From: Sphyrna mokarran
Lineage: Eukaryota
Reading direction: 5' to 3'
Assembly (NCBI GenBank): GCA_024679065.1
Contig: JAGIQG010000012.1
Location: 53,196,001-53,260,000 of the forward strand
Length of the DNA: 64,000 bases
Positions 25,417-37,864 of this stretch are shown here, in pieces. The translations under genes and the position numbers were made by a program. Under the pieces are notes generated by a model that had not been told where the DNA came from, ran no database searches, and saw only the letters and a list, made by a program, of their open reading frames with translations. The first letter of the stretch is position 1. Each line of letters begins with the position of its first letter.

Positions 25417-26463
25417 ACAAAGAACAAAGAACAAAACAGCTCGGGAAACAGACCCTTCGGCCCAACAAGCCCGTGCCGCCACCTCGATGTTCCCACTTAT
25501 ACCCGTGATCCCTGTCTATGTTTATAGATCTATGCATTGAAACTAAATTTGAGACAATTTAGGGAGAATTTGTTCTGTCAATCAGCCTAAGAGCATATCT
25601 TTGGGATGTGGGAGGAAACAGGAGCACCCGGAGAAAACACACGCAAACACGGGTAGAATGCGCAAACTCCTACAGACACAGGCCCAAATCCATGTATCTG
25701 CACTGCACAGAGATAGTCACTGAGCTGTCGTGTTGTCCATCGAATGGTCCAGGTCAAGCGTACATTAACAAAGTGAAGCACTAGGATACTCTCAAAAAAA
25801 AATCCAGGAGTAGCCTCTCATGACCCATCGTGTGTATGCCCCTTGTTAGACCACAAGGTGAACCAAAGTACCTGTAGGATAAAACAAATACATCAATATC
25901 ATCGAATATTTACACACTTCCCAGGGAACTCCCAAGGCTCATGATCCCTATTTTAAATCAGTTTTTTATATCCCTCCACTCCCATTCTGTTCATGTGCCC
26001 ATCTAAGTATCTCTTAAATAGCTCCAGAGTGCCTGCCTCCACCACTTTACTTGGCAGCGCATCCCATACCCCCATCACCCTCTGTGTGAAAAAACTCCCT
26101 CTAGCATCCAAATTATACCTTACCCCCTCACCCTAAGCCCGTGACCCCTCATGCTATTTGAATCCATCCTAGGAAAAAGCTTAACCCTATTTGCTCTATC
26201 TGTACTCCTCATAATCTTATACACCTTTATTAGATCTCCTCTAAGTCTGCGTCTTTCTAAGGAAAACAGCCCCAATTCATCTAACCTTTCCTCGTAACTC
26301 AGACCTTCCATACTAGGCAGCATCCTGGTAAATCTCCTCTGCACTCTCTCCAGAGTCTCCATGTCCTTCCGGTAGTAAGGCGACCAAAACTGGACGCAGT
26401 ATTGCAAATGAGGTCTGACCAACATTTTATACAACTGCAACATTAAAGGCCAGCTCTTGTACT
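25417..26463 (-). mobile_element. Young 5'-truncated CR1 with long 3' UTR containing a V-SINE-like segment
   Basis: ORF2 end LQLYKMLVRPHLQYCVQFWSP..HGLRVRG with one frameshift in a G run; CpGs retained; (TTCTTTG)n tail. Confidence 0.88.
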
Positions 26464-26580
26464 TTTCTTCCCACAGTCCAAAGATATGCAGGTTACGTTG
26501 ATCGGCCATACTAAAAATTGCTCCTTAGTGTCCTGAGATGCATAAGTTAGAGGAATTAATTGGAAAATATGTAGGGATAT

Positions 26581-26988
26581 AGAACATAGAACATAGAACA
26601 TAGAACAATACAGCACAGAACAGGCCCTTCGGCCTTCGATGTTGTGCCGACCAAAATAAAAAGCAATGCCCCTCCTAACTAAACCATTCCCTTCTCATCC
26701 ATATACTTATCAACTAACCTCTTAAACGCCACCAAACTTGGCGCATCTACAACAGCTGCAGGCAGGGCATTCCACTCCCTAATCACTCTTTGAGTAAAGA
26801 ACCTACCTCTGATATCCGTCCTATAACTCATACCCCTTAATTTAAAGTTGTGTCCCCTCGTGCTAGCTTTCTCCATCCTAGGAAAAAGGCTATCACTGTC
26901 CACCCTATCCAAACCTCTAATTATCTTATATGCTTCAATAAGATCCCCCCTTAGCCGCCTCCTTTCTAACGAAAACAACCTCAAATCC
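26581..26988 (-). mobile_element. Young 5'-truncated CR1, same subfamily as 58852-59690
   Basis: Open ORF2 C-terminus DLRLFSLERRRLRGDL..DKYMDEKGMV; (TTCTATG)n tail. Confidence 0.93.
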
Positions 26989-28399
26989 TTGAGGTTGGAC
27001 CTCAAGGATGGGGTAGGACCTGGGAGGGATTGTGTTCGGTGCAGACTTGATGGGCCAAATGGCCTCTTTCTGCATTGTAGTGTTTCTAAGACTCTATGTT
27101 TCATTTAAGGTGGTCTGGGGAGGGGGGTTGAATGGCTTCCTCTTTCTGCTGATGCCTGTTACAGAGAGCAGAGATAGTGATTGGCTGCATTGTCACCAAT
27201 GTTACAAAGCACTCAGTGTTGGCGGGAGTCCGAGGAACTTTTATAGGTTCTTCACCGATTGGGAGATGCCAATCTGCTACCTGCTCTTCCTATATTTTAA
27301 GTGGCCGGAGCATTCTCCGCACCTTCACCATCCACTCTTGGTCTGGAATCTTTCCTTGTTGTTGTGAATGTTATTCTCCTGCATAAAGAGATATGGGCAA
27401 ACTGTGAATAGGGCAGATGTCATTGCTAATGACAGGGATGCTTTCCTTTTGTAGGTTCTGAGTGGATCTGAGTAAAGGTTGAGGATGATATTTGTTCAGC
27501 ATGTGGGAAGAGATACAGAATCACTGGTGGTGTCACTATGATAGTGATGTATATTCCTGTGATGTGAACTGTAAATCAGTGATTGCCTGATGGGCTTGTG
27601 CTAATATGAGTAGAGAGTGAGGAGAATACTCTGGGGATCACTCATCCTCTTCCTGCACTGGTTCAGGGGTCTTCTTCTGAGGGTCATTGGTGCTGACTGT
27701 CCTGATGATTTGCTCCTGAGTGGCACTGTGAGGTTGGTGGAACTCAACTTCATCACAGGGAGAAGTATGTTTTGAGAAATGCCCCAGTGTTACTGAACTC
27801 GAGGGCGGTTGGTTTCTTTTTTCTGGAAGTTGTTCTGTTTCCTGCCAAGACCAGTCCTGGGCCGCAGAGCATGATGTGCGCATGGGTACAGTTTAAACAT
27901 GGATGCCTGAAAATATAAACCAATAAAGAGATGAACAAATCCCAAGCTTGCTTTGCATGAGATACAGTGTACTTCCTGTTCATGCATATAGAATGAGCTG
28001 AAAATTGAACAATTTGGTGAGGAAACCCACCACAACAGTTAACAGGATCCATGTTGCCTTTTCCATTTTCCACGGCACTTAATCTCTGCAGCAGAAAATT
28101 TCACCAAAAGAGAGAAAGCCATCCCAGATTCCCATAGTGTAAAGGGCAATAAGATGTAGCATTCAAAACTTGTATGATGAAACCTAGCTCAACTTTTTGG
28201 ATAGGAAAGATCTGTTAATATTTAGTTAATGTGGAATGACAATCCAAATTCTGAATGTTAATGCAGAATAGCCAGGAAATTACCATAACACTTCCATCAT
28301 ATGACCATCCACCACCACTCTATGTCTCATAATTCATTGCCATATATTTAAATGATGAAGCCAATTAAATGTGTAGGCAGACGGAGGCAATAGATAAAG

Positions 28400-29290
28400 C
28401 ATAGATAAATGGATTGGCCATTTTGCCACTCAGACATATTCCACTGTTCCATGGCCACTTTGCCATTCTATCTCAATCTATTCCTCTTTGGCCCATATCG
28501 CTTTGCACCTTTGCTTAACAAAAAATTATCAATCTTTGTTTTAAGTTTAACAATTAATCTCATATTAATCTGCAAGAAGGTGCATAACATCTACCACACT
28601 TTGCATAAGGAAGTGTTTACTGATTTCACGCTTGGAAGTTCTGGCACTGATTTTGACTATGCTCTCTCATTGTAGACTTTCCCTTCGGAGCAAATAGCTC
28701 CTCTCTACATACCTTATCTGTTCCCCCTAATATCTTGGAAACTTCAATCAAATCACTCCTTCATCTTCAAAGTTCCAAAGAATATAACCCTTGTTTGTGT
28801 CATCTCTTGTTACTATTTAATCCTTACAATGTATGTGTCATTCGGGAAAATCTACACTACATTCCTTCCAAATATCCTTCTAAGTGTGGTGCCCAGAACT
28901 GCTCACAATATGAGTATGATTTCTACCCCCTGTACCAAATATTTTCTGGAAGTTCATTTCAATAACAGCTATTCCCTGTCTAATAATTTAGTTTGCTCTT
29001 CAAATAAGTTCAGTTATGTCAAGCAGAACTTGTCCTTTACAAATCCATGCTAGTGCTCTCTCATTAGCTGAAAATATTCAAGATTTTCAGTCACCTTTTC
29101 CTTAGTTATTGACAGACAATGCACGAGCTAGTCTAATATTAGCAGGTTTCTCTTTCTCACCTTTCTTTAGTGGAGTGAACGTGCATCTTTTCAATTTAAA
29201 GGAATGATCTCTTTCCTTTAGAACATCTATAGGGCATCTATAAAGTTCTCACCTACTTTCTTTAAAACCCTGCAATGGAGACTATGTAGT
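28400..29290 (-). mobile_element. Old CR1 fragments
   Basis: GGTGCCCAGAACTG and ACAAATCCATGCT (QHGF-like on minus strand) motifs. Confidence 0.65.
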
Positions 29291-29470
29291 CCTGAGGAAT
29301 TGTCACTCCAGTTTCATTATTTTCTTTACTATTGTTATTTTGTTGATGTTGATTTGGGTGAACTGTTGACCCTAATTCAATAATAGTTTCTTTGGAATGC
29401 CTGACTTGCTGACTTCTTCCTCTATGGTAAATACCGAGACAAAATAATGCCCACAAATGCCACTTCAGTA

Positions 29471-29725
29471 GGCAGCTTAATGGTACAGTGGTTAGCACTA
29501 CTGCCTCACAGTGTCAGGGACCTGGGTTTGATTCCCAGCTTGGGCACCTGTCTGTGTGGAGTTTACACATTCTCCCCATGGGTTTTCTCTGGTTTCCTTC
29601 CATAGCCCGAAAAATGCTAAATTCTCCCTCAGTATACCAAACAGGCGGCGGAGGGTGACGACTAGGGGATTTTCACAGTAACTTCATTAATGTAAGCCCA
29701 CTTGTGACATTGATACTTAAACTTT
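29471..29725 (+). mobile_element. V-SINE type B (internally deleted)
   Basis: Head plus GACTAGGGGATTTTCACAGTAACTTCATT tail. Confidence 0.85.
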
Positions 29726-30345
29726 CCTTATATTCAATAAACACCATTGTCAGTTTTCAAGATGGCTGCATTGCTCCAGACAGCTCTTTTCCCCTTATCT
29801 AGTTGTGCAAAAAACTTTTGTGTTGATTTTGAAAACTCCTGCCAATTTCTTTTCATGTTCCCTTTCTGTAGCTCTGATTATGTTTTGTCACCTTTGCTGT
29901 TCCTGGTATCTTTTCTATTTTCTAGTTTTTGCACTTTTGTGTATTTTTTCCTTTAGTTCCATGTGTCTCTTAACTCTTTAGTTGTCCTTTTTGACAAGTA
30001 GAGTTCTTTGCCTTTTTGGGTATAAAGTGATTCTGTATCACATTAAATCATCTTGTGAACCTTTCCTATTGTTCTCTAATTTTATTCATTTTCCATTTTA
30101 CTGTGGGCAGTCTCTGTTTCATTCCATTGAATCCCAATCTTGTCCAAAGGTAGGTCTCAGTCTATTGATCATATTATGATTCATATTTCACACACAATTA
30201 AACTGTTAACGCGAGTCATTCTTAAATCAAATATGAATATGCAACCTTGTTAGCTTTGAGATTTTAGTTGCAGGAGACTATCCCAAACTCATTGAAGAAA
30301 TTCACTATATTTGTGACATGGGCTCGTCTGCTTATCCCAATCAAT

Positions 30346-30524
30346 GGGCTGGATTTTACCAGATACTATTGCTCATGCCCCCTCATCTCACTCATTAGAA
30401 AGAGGCCATTCGCCCAACCTTCCCCAAAGTGCCCCTACTTGTCCTTATTCCACAGTAAGTGTGTTGGCACCAATCCCCCTTGCAAATGTAACATCCCAGT
30501 GCAGAAGGAAATGAAAATTCCCCC
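30346..30524. mobile_element. MITE with GGG termini, AT duplication
   Basis: AAT|GGGCTGGATTTT..AAAATTCCCCC|ATT. Confidence 0.65.
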
Positions 30525-30677
30525 ATTAAAACCATATGGTTTTGCTATAAGCTTGCCCAGTCTCTGCATTCTGAGCAATTAGTGTGTGGTCAGACACTAC
30601 TTATTGAGCATGACCGATGAGGCCAAAGAACAAAAGGCTTTATCACCGACGAACAAATAACTGTACTCACAGCAGGC

Positions 30678-30935
30678 TCATAGAAACCCTACAATACAGA
30701 AGAAGACCATTTGGTCTATTGAGTCGGCACTAATCACAATCCCACCCAGGCCCTACCCCCATATCCCTACGCATTTACCCACTAATCCCTCTAACCTACA
30801 CATCTCAGGACACTAACGGGCAATTTGGCATGACCAATCAACCTAACCTGCACATCTTTGGATTGTTGGAGGAAACTGGAGCACCCGGAGGAAACCCATG
30901 CAGACACGAGGAGAGTGTGCAAACTCCACAAAGAG
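30678..30935 (-). mobile_element. HE1-type V-SINE (type A), 5'-truncated
   Basis: V core and CR1-like tail; no tRNA head. Confidence 0.85.
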
Positions 30936-31387
30936 TGGAGTGAGTCAAACAGAATAGCTATGTGAGTGTACACTACACCTTCCTGGTTCTAACTGCAAAT
31001 CCTCCCCATGCTGGGGTATGTGTCTTCACACTAGATAGGCTCAGCTTCTTGTCTCAACACTCCATCGGGTCTGACCCCATCAGCTTATTTTATATCATGC
31101 TGATGGTGAAACAGGGCAAGAGGATTTCACTCACCATGGTGTCACCAAAAAGAAGAGGGCTTCTCAAAAGAGAAGAGAAGACAGCTGAAGAAAGGAAGGT
31201 ACAATCAGTAGTCTAATGCCTTCAATAAATAAAAATTGATACGGAAATAAAGATACTTCACACTTCATCTGACAAAGTCCTCCTGTGTTAAAGTCTTCTG
31301 TAAAGTTCCTTAATTGAACAAGAAATTACAATTTTCCCAGCTTCAAATTGCAGAAATAACTCAAAAATCTCAATGCACAACCATGTT

Positions 31388-31519
31388 CAGGGGGATTTTT
31401 CTTTCTTGCCCGCCACAGGGATTGGAGTGGATGGAGGTGGAGGCAGACCATGCAAAGGTCCATTAGCTTTGGGTGGGATTTTCTGGTTTTGGGGTGAGCA
31501 CAATGGAAAAATCCCACCC
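31388..31519. mobile_element. ~130-bp MITE family copy
   Basis: Right TIR AAAATCCCACCC|ATT; homologous to 21410. Confidence 0.75.
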
Positions 31520-32099
31520 ATTAACTTGACACAACATTATATTCTCCAATAAATCTAATTACCCCAGCTGCAAACCACTTTTTAACAAACTGCCTACTTT
31601 ATCTTCCAGCTATTTTATTTACCTAATCTCCAAAACTATTTCTCCATGAGATGAGATTGACCATGTTCATTTTGGAACTTTAAAAGTGGAAGGTGACTCA
31701 AATCTCAGGGAAGTCATTGTGAAGCGACTAATTTCCAGCAGCCTTTCTTCTTTGCAGTGACAAAGGGTTCTGCCTCATATCCGAATTTAGTTCATATGGA
31801 GGAGAACTTTAACAGTAAGCTCAATGCCGTTCTCTGGAAAGATAGTGACATTTGTATCCTCTGCTTGCAAGCCACTGGTGCAGGACATAGCCTCAACGGT
31901 TCTAGTCATCTGAACATGAGAACATAGGGCAGTATTTTCTGGCCCTTCTTGCTAACAGGATGTTCAGGTCCCACCACTGGTGATTCCCACAGTGGGATCG
32001 TTGGCAGTAGGACGGATGAGCCATGCAAAATACCATAGACATTGGTGGCACCAGAGAGTCCTGCTAGTGGCTAATGGCAAACTACCCATAATATCAGCC

Positions 32100-32652
32100 A
32101 TGGCACTTTTGCCTCTTAAGTTCCAAGGTGCTGGGTTCAAGTCCCACCACATGGTTTAACTGCAAAGGCAAAAGCTGACAGTCCAGTAAATCATTGAAAG
32201 AGGACTTACGGCCTACCGTTGCTTTTATTTCCTGTGTTAAAAAGACTTGCATTCATATGGCACTCCTCAAGAGGAATGAAGTACTTTTAAAGTGTCGTCA
32301 TTGTTATAATTTGATGTACTATAATGCTGCTCTGTTTAAAGTATCATTTTCAGATTGACCTTAAACTGAGGGCCCATCTGCTTGCTTAAGAAGAATGAAA
32401 GATCCCATGGCAGTATTTGGAAGATAAGCAAGAGAATTATCCCAATATCCTGGCCAATACTTATCCCTTAATCAACATCACGAAGGTAGATTAGTGATCA
32501 TTATTATATTGCTGGTAGTGGGAGCTTGCTAAGTATAAATTGGTTGCTGGATTGTCCTACATTATAACAATGACAATACTTCAGAAGTACTTTATTGGCT
32601 GTAGTGAAACATCCATTGGTAATGAAAAGTGCTATATAAATGCAAATCTTTT
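32100..32652 (+). mobile_element. Deu-domain SINE (SacSINE1-like)
   Basis: GGGTTCAAGTCCCAC B box, AAAGATCCCATGGCAGTATTT core, and GCTATATAAATGCAAATCTTT end. Confidence 0.7.
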
Positions 32653-33109
32653 TACCATAGGAAATAGAAGCAGCAATAGGCGGTAAGTCCTCTTAGTTGG
32701 AATTGGAGAGTAACAACAATTAACTGTTTGGATTCGCATGCACTGTTTGAAGAAAGCACAAAACGAAAGCAACTTCATAGCCAAGTTGAAAATTGGTTGG
32801 TTGGTAAGTATCTATTGTAAGTTTCTATGTGCAAATAGCTAGATTCATATATTACTTTAAGAAAAGTGAGTAGATAGCTGGATTACAGAGAATTGTACAA
32901 GTTTCACATAACTCTTAAATATCCACTTCATAAATGACAGAACTGATTGGTGAGTAATTCTACTTTCTGATCTCCAGTTTATAGTGAATAGCTCAAAAGT
33001 ACATTTAAGGTATGTCTTGCTCACTAAATGGTTTTCCATTTTGGATACACCAGTCATCTGTTTGGTTTGATAGTTCCTTAGAGGATTGTGGCAACAGCCA
33101 AGTTCATAG

Positions 33110-34420
33110 CAACAAGGGTGACTCAACTGCACAGGTGAGGAGGAAGAAGAGTGGAAGAGCAATGGTGGTAGAAGATTTGATAGATAAACAGAAAGGTGTT
33201 TTTGTGGCCATTGAGGTGACTCCAGGATGGTATATTGCCTCCCTAGTGCCAAGGTAATGAATGTCACTAAGTGACTGCAGGACCTTCTTTGGAAAATTGT
33301 GAGCAGCCACAAGGTGTGGTCTACGTTGGTATCAATGATATAGGTAGCATGAGTGATAAGGTCCTGAAAGCAGATTTTAGAGAGTTAGGAAAGAGATTGA
33401 AAAGCAGGATCACAAAGGCAATAACTTCAAGATTACTCTCGGAACCATATGCTAGTGAGAATAGAAATAGGAGGCAAAAACAGAAAATACTGGAAAATTT
33501 AGCAGGCCTGACAGCATCTGTGGTGAGAGATAGAGCAACGTTCAAGACTAGACGACCCTTCATCAGAGCTAGGAGGAAATAGGAATATGAGGATTGAGTA
33601 AATGAACACATAGCTGAAGAAATGGTGTTGGGGAAGCTTTTGATTTCTGACATTACAATTGGTTATGAGGCAGCAGGGACAGCTACAGTGAGGACATTAG
33701 CAGGACTAGGATTTTTCTTGTGGGAAGATTTGCTACTGCTGTTGGGGAGAGTTTGAATTAGTTTGTCAGCAGGATGGAACCCAAGAATGAATTCAGATAG
33801 AAGACAACAAAGCTGGTAATTGGAGGTAGAAATCTACCAAACGATGTTGGAAGGCAGCAGAAAAAAAACGCTTGGACTAAAATAGCCTCAAATTAAGAAA
33901 TGTGTGTTACAAAGTCACAATTAAAGGCACTCAATCTGAATGCTCACAACATTCACAACAAGGCTAGTGAATTGACAGCACAAATAGAAGTAAACATAAC
34001 TGCTGTTACAGAGATGTGGCTGCAGGGTCACCAAGGCTGGCAACTGAATATTCAAGGTTATTTGATATTTAGGAAGAACAGGCAAAAAAAAGATGAGGTA
34101 GCATTGATAGGGTGGGATGGCATAATACATTAGTGAGTGAGGCTCTTAGATGACAAGAACAAGATGTAGGATCTGTTTGGGTGTGGAGTTAAAAAACAGC
34201 AAGGGGTGGAAAACACCAATGGCAGCAATTTTTAGGTTACCAAACCGTAGTGATAATGTAGGATATAACATAGATCAGGAGAGTAGAGGTGCATGTAACA
34301 AGAGTAATGCAGTAATTGTGGGTGACTTCAATTTTTATATAGACTGAGTAAATCCAATGAACATTTATATGGAAGATGAATTCCTGGATTGTCTACGAGA
34401 TAGTTTTCTAGAGTAGTATT
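33110..34420 (+). mobile_element. CR1 LINE 5' half: ORF1 SGNH esterase plus ORF2 AP endonuclease, decayed
   Basis: VVYVGINDIG..LKADFRELGKRLKSR (ORF1); LNAHNIHNK..VTEMWL..NIQGY and VIVGDFNF (APE). Confidence 0.88.
33474..33570 (-). mobile_element. Short Penelope-terminus-derived insert with hammerhead core, inside CR1 ORF1
   Basis: Minus strand AGCT-CTGATGA-AGGGTCGTCTAGTCTT-GAACGTT; AGGAGG on both flanks. Confidence 0.65.
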
Positions 34421-35600
34421 AATAATAGGAAAAAAAATCTTTTAATATACAATTTATTTTCAAGTCTTATTGATCTATCATAGGGTATGCAATTGCGCCT
34501 TTGAGAAAGCTAATGACTCAGTCTGTACTGTTGTTTAAACTTTACACAATACTCTATGGCATCATCAGCTTCCCAATTCATCAGGGGCTGCTGAGTTTAT
34601 TGCTGTGGGGATCTTTTTTTGCGTGATTCACTCAGTATTTCTCTCTCTGGCATTAATTCTGGTTGATATTTCAATCTAATTCAGCATTAAGTGTGCTTAA
34701 AATGTTTGGCTATAGAGATGCTGGGAAGAAATTTCCCTGGCCAAAGAAAATAATCATGTTGATGAGCTGTATTCATGCCCTGCCACGAATCCGCCAACAG
34801 GGGGGAGAAATTGGGCCATGTATAATTGGACTAACTTTTGTGGGTTGCTGCTGTCCCAGGGAAATCAGAGTGGTACATTAGGAATTACCGTGCCTGGGAG
34901 ATGAATTTCCACTATGTCCCTTCTATATTATAACAGCAGTCGATAGCTTCAAATGGATATGGATAACATAGCAAGCCTGATTGCAAATCAAGCCTTAAAG
35001 GATATTTAAAGGGGCATGGTGTAACCGGAGCCCCATGAAAGAAGCAACAGTGCAACAGGAGTGAACAATGAAACAGCAAATTAAATTGAATATCATGAAG
35101 ATTGAAGTGATTCCTTTGATTTAAAGGAAAAAAAGAAGCCACTTATTTCAGAAGGTGAGAAATTAAATGGATTAGATGAAGAAAGGCATGATGATAACAG
35201 TAGATTGAAATTTCTACGGACACTCACCTTTGTTTCTTTCTGAACACTCTTACACATTTCCTCTCGAAGACAAAATGAACAATAATGTGCATCAATGGTT
35301 CTGAAGATTTGGCCAGTAAGAAACACAATGTAATGAACCGTTACAAAGCATTGCAGAATCTTTGAACTGCTCTTTAAGTTACTGTGAAAATGATAGGAAC
35401 AAAACTATCTTCAGAAATGATTAATATTGGCACAATTATCATAATTCAGATGTATTTCATTATCACTGAAACGATTTGTGTTTCAGTCAATGACATATCA
35501 AAAAATTAATTTAATTTTTAAATTTTTGGATGCTGCATATTTTAAAATTTACTTGTCTCCAATCCGAAAGAGATATATTGAGCCTATTGTTTTCTCAACC

Positions 35601-35922
35601 TATTCATTTTACGGGTGTGGGCATCACTAGTTGGGCCAGTATTTATAGTTTGTTCCCAATTGCCCTCCAGTTGAGGGGCAATTGAGAGTCAACCACATTG
35701 CTGTGAGCCTAGAGTCACTTGTAGGCCAGGCCAGGTAAGGTTGGCAGATTTCTTTTCCTAAAGGACATTAGTGAACTAGATGGGATTTTATAACAATCGA
35801 CAATGGTCTCCTGGTCATCACTTGATTTTTAATTCTAATTTGTTACTGAATTCAAATTTCATTGTCTGCCGTGGTGGGATTTGAACTAGGATCCCCAGAG
35901 CATTACCCTGGGCCTCTGGACT
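35601..35922 (-). mobile_element. Third tRNA-derived SINE family
   Basis: AGTCAACCACATTGCTGTG..AAGGACATTAGTGAAC..GTGGGATTTGAAC; homologous copies at 43303-43530, 55108-55440 and split around 39471-40006. Confidence 0.75.
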
Positions 35923-36495
35923 GGAGAAGTCAGGAGATGAGTTAGTCACTGCAGACTTTTTACCTTTTGATCTGCTATTGCAAGCACATTGGTGATGTGC
36001 TATCTGGTTAAGGTTTACTCTGTGGTGACCCTCAGGATATTGATAGTGGGCATTTATCATTGGTAATGTTATTGTCAAGGAAAATGGGAATATTTGCTAT
36101 TTCCCATTTGAATGTCAAGAAGAGATTCTATCTTTTTGGAGGTGGTGTTAAAATTCTAGACTAGACCCCCAGATTTGGTTATGACCCAGGATGACCCAAC
36201 TTTTTGTTTGAAAAGGACAAAATTTGAAATCCCAGTTACATACTGAGAGAATAAAGTCGTATGATTCAAAGTTTCAAAATAGAGAAGAAAATCCACAGAA
36301 TCAACAGAGCAAGTGTCATTATTATCTCTCTTATACTCTAAAGTACAGAATTTATATGTGGTAGACATAAATTAACTAGCAAACTGTGGGTGAACACATC
36401 ACAAACTGCAAGTTCAATGGCTGATACAACCAAACCATAAATATCTTAGCAACCCACTCAGATGTCAGCGACTCACAAAATCCTTCAAAAACACT

Positions 36496-36623
36496 GGGTG
36501 GGATTTTCTGGCCGTGCTCGCCTTGAAACTGGAAAATCCTGTCTGAGGTCAATGGACCTTTCCATGGTCTGCCCCTTTGCCTGCTACAATCCCTGTGGCA
36601 GGTGAAATAGGAAAATTCATCCC
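36496..36623. mobile_element. ~130-bp MITE family copy
   Basis: GGGTGGGATTTT..AAAATTCATCCC. Confidence 0.78.
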
Positions 36624-37864
36624 TCTGTTTTCCTCATAATGGACTGCAGCTTCTCTGATTCCCCTGAAGATTCACTCAACTCAGCCTGTCCTCACCACTG
36701 CCCAGTTCCCATTTAATGAATCTCTTCCAAGACTGGATTCTCAAAGCTGCACCCCACTCTCTAGTTACTGGCATGATTCTAGTTCTCCAGTTGCTCCGAA
36801 CACCATTTCTCCTGGACTTTCCTTTGCCAGCTTCATTGACCTGACACAGATGCTGAGTTTCTCTACGCCGCCATAGCTGAATAATTACCATGAATCCCAA
36901 CTCTTAGCAACACAGAGCTACCAATACCTCCCAGGAATTTTAACAGTCCCTGTCAAGTGGCTGCACACAGAAAATCCCCTTGCATAGCAGCATTGTTTAT
37001 GCCAAGGGTTTTGTCGTGAAGTAACCAACCAGAAACTCATTAAGACAGAACACCACCATGAAGGAAACACCCTCTGGACTCTGACATTGGACTCTGGAAC
37101 GAATATTCATTTTTTTTGGGGTGTTTTTACTGTAAAATGCCATTTCTCCAGTCCCCACCATCCCCACTCCTCTTTTATTGTGTGAATGTGTGGAATGGGA
37201 AATAGCAAATATTCCCATTTTCCTGGTTTTGAATTATAAATTAAACTAACCTTTGGAGTTAATCTAACCTGGAGTTTGCTGTGGATTATTAATAAAATTG
37301 TATCTCAAATTCAAGGGATTGGGAAAACATTGAAAATTAGTTTATAAATCTTTATGGACAGGTGGTCAGTGCAATTTAAAATCTCCCTCTCCTGTTTGTA
37401 ACATTATGGACTCTTGATCTTGTGAGGTGTTGTGAATAGAATTGAAAACTTTGCAATCATTAGCCAATATCACTACTCATGACTTTATGATGAAAAGTAG
37501 ATCATCAATAAAGAACTGTTGGTAGTTGGGCCTCAGAACTAATCCAAGAAACTCCCACAGCCATGTCCCGAGGTGGAGGTGATCATCCTATAACAAATGC
37601 AATCATCTTCTTTTATGCTTGTTATCATCAATGTGCTGGCTACACAAAGAAGGTGCTTTTAAACTAATATGTGTATCTGACCAGGCAAAAAAAATTAAAG
37701 GGGTCATGCACTTGTGCAAATCATCTGCAAATTACAGTAGTCTTCCTTGAAGCTATATCTAATCAAATATGGCTTTGATATCATGGCCAATCAATCTCAC
37801 TTCACCACTGGAAATCAGTTCTTTTGTGTTTGTTCAGATTAAGGTTGTAATGAGGCCAAGAGCA

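Larger units (their letters stand above)
25274..27099 (+). mobile_element. HE1-type V-SINE split into three pieces by two CR1 insertions
   Basis: Pieces 25274-25416, 26464-26580 and 27010-27099 are collinear with intact copies; TTCAT on both outer flanks. Confidence 0.88.

Noticed and set aside
34930-35230. NG..DMDNIASLIA as a possible first ankyrin repeat of the UACA-like fossil
   Set aside because: Too short, needs a frameshift, and is 13 kb from the core match; not distinguishable from chance.
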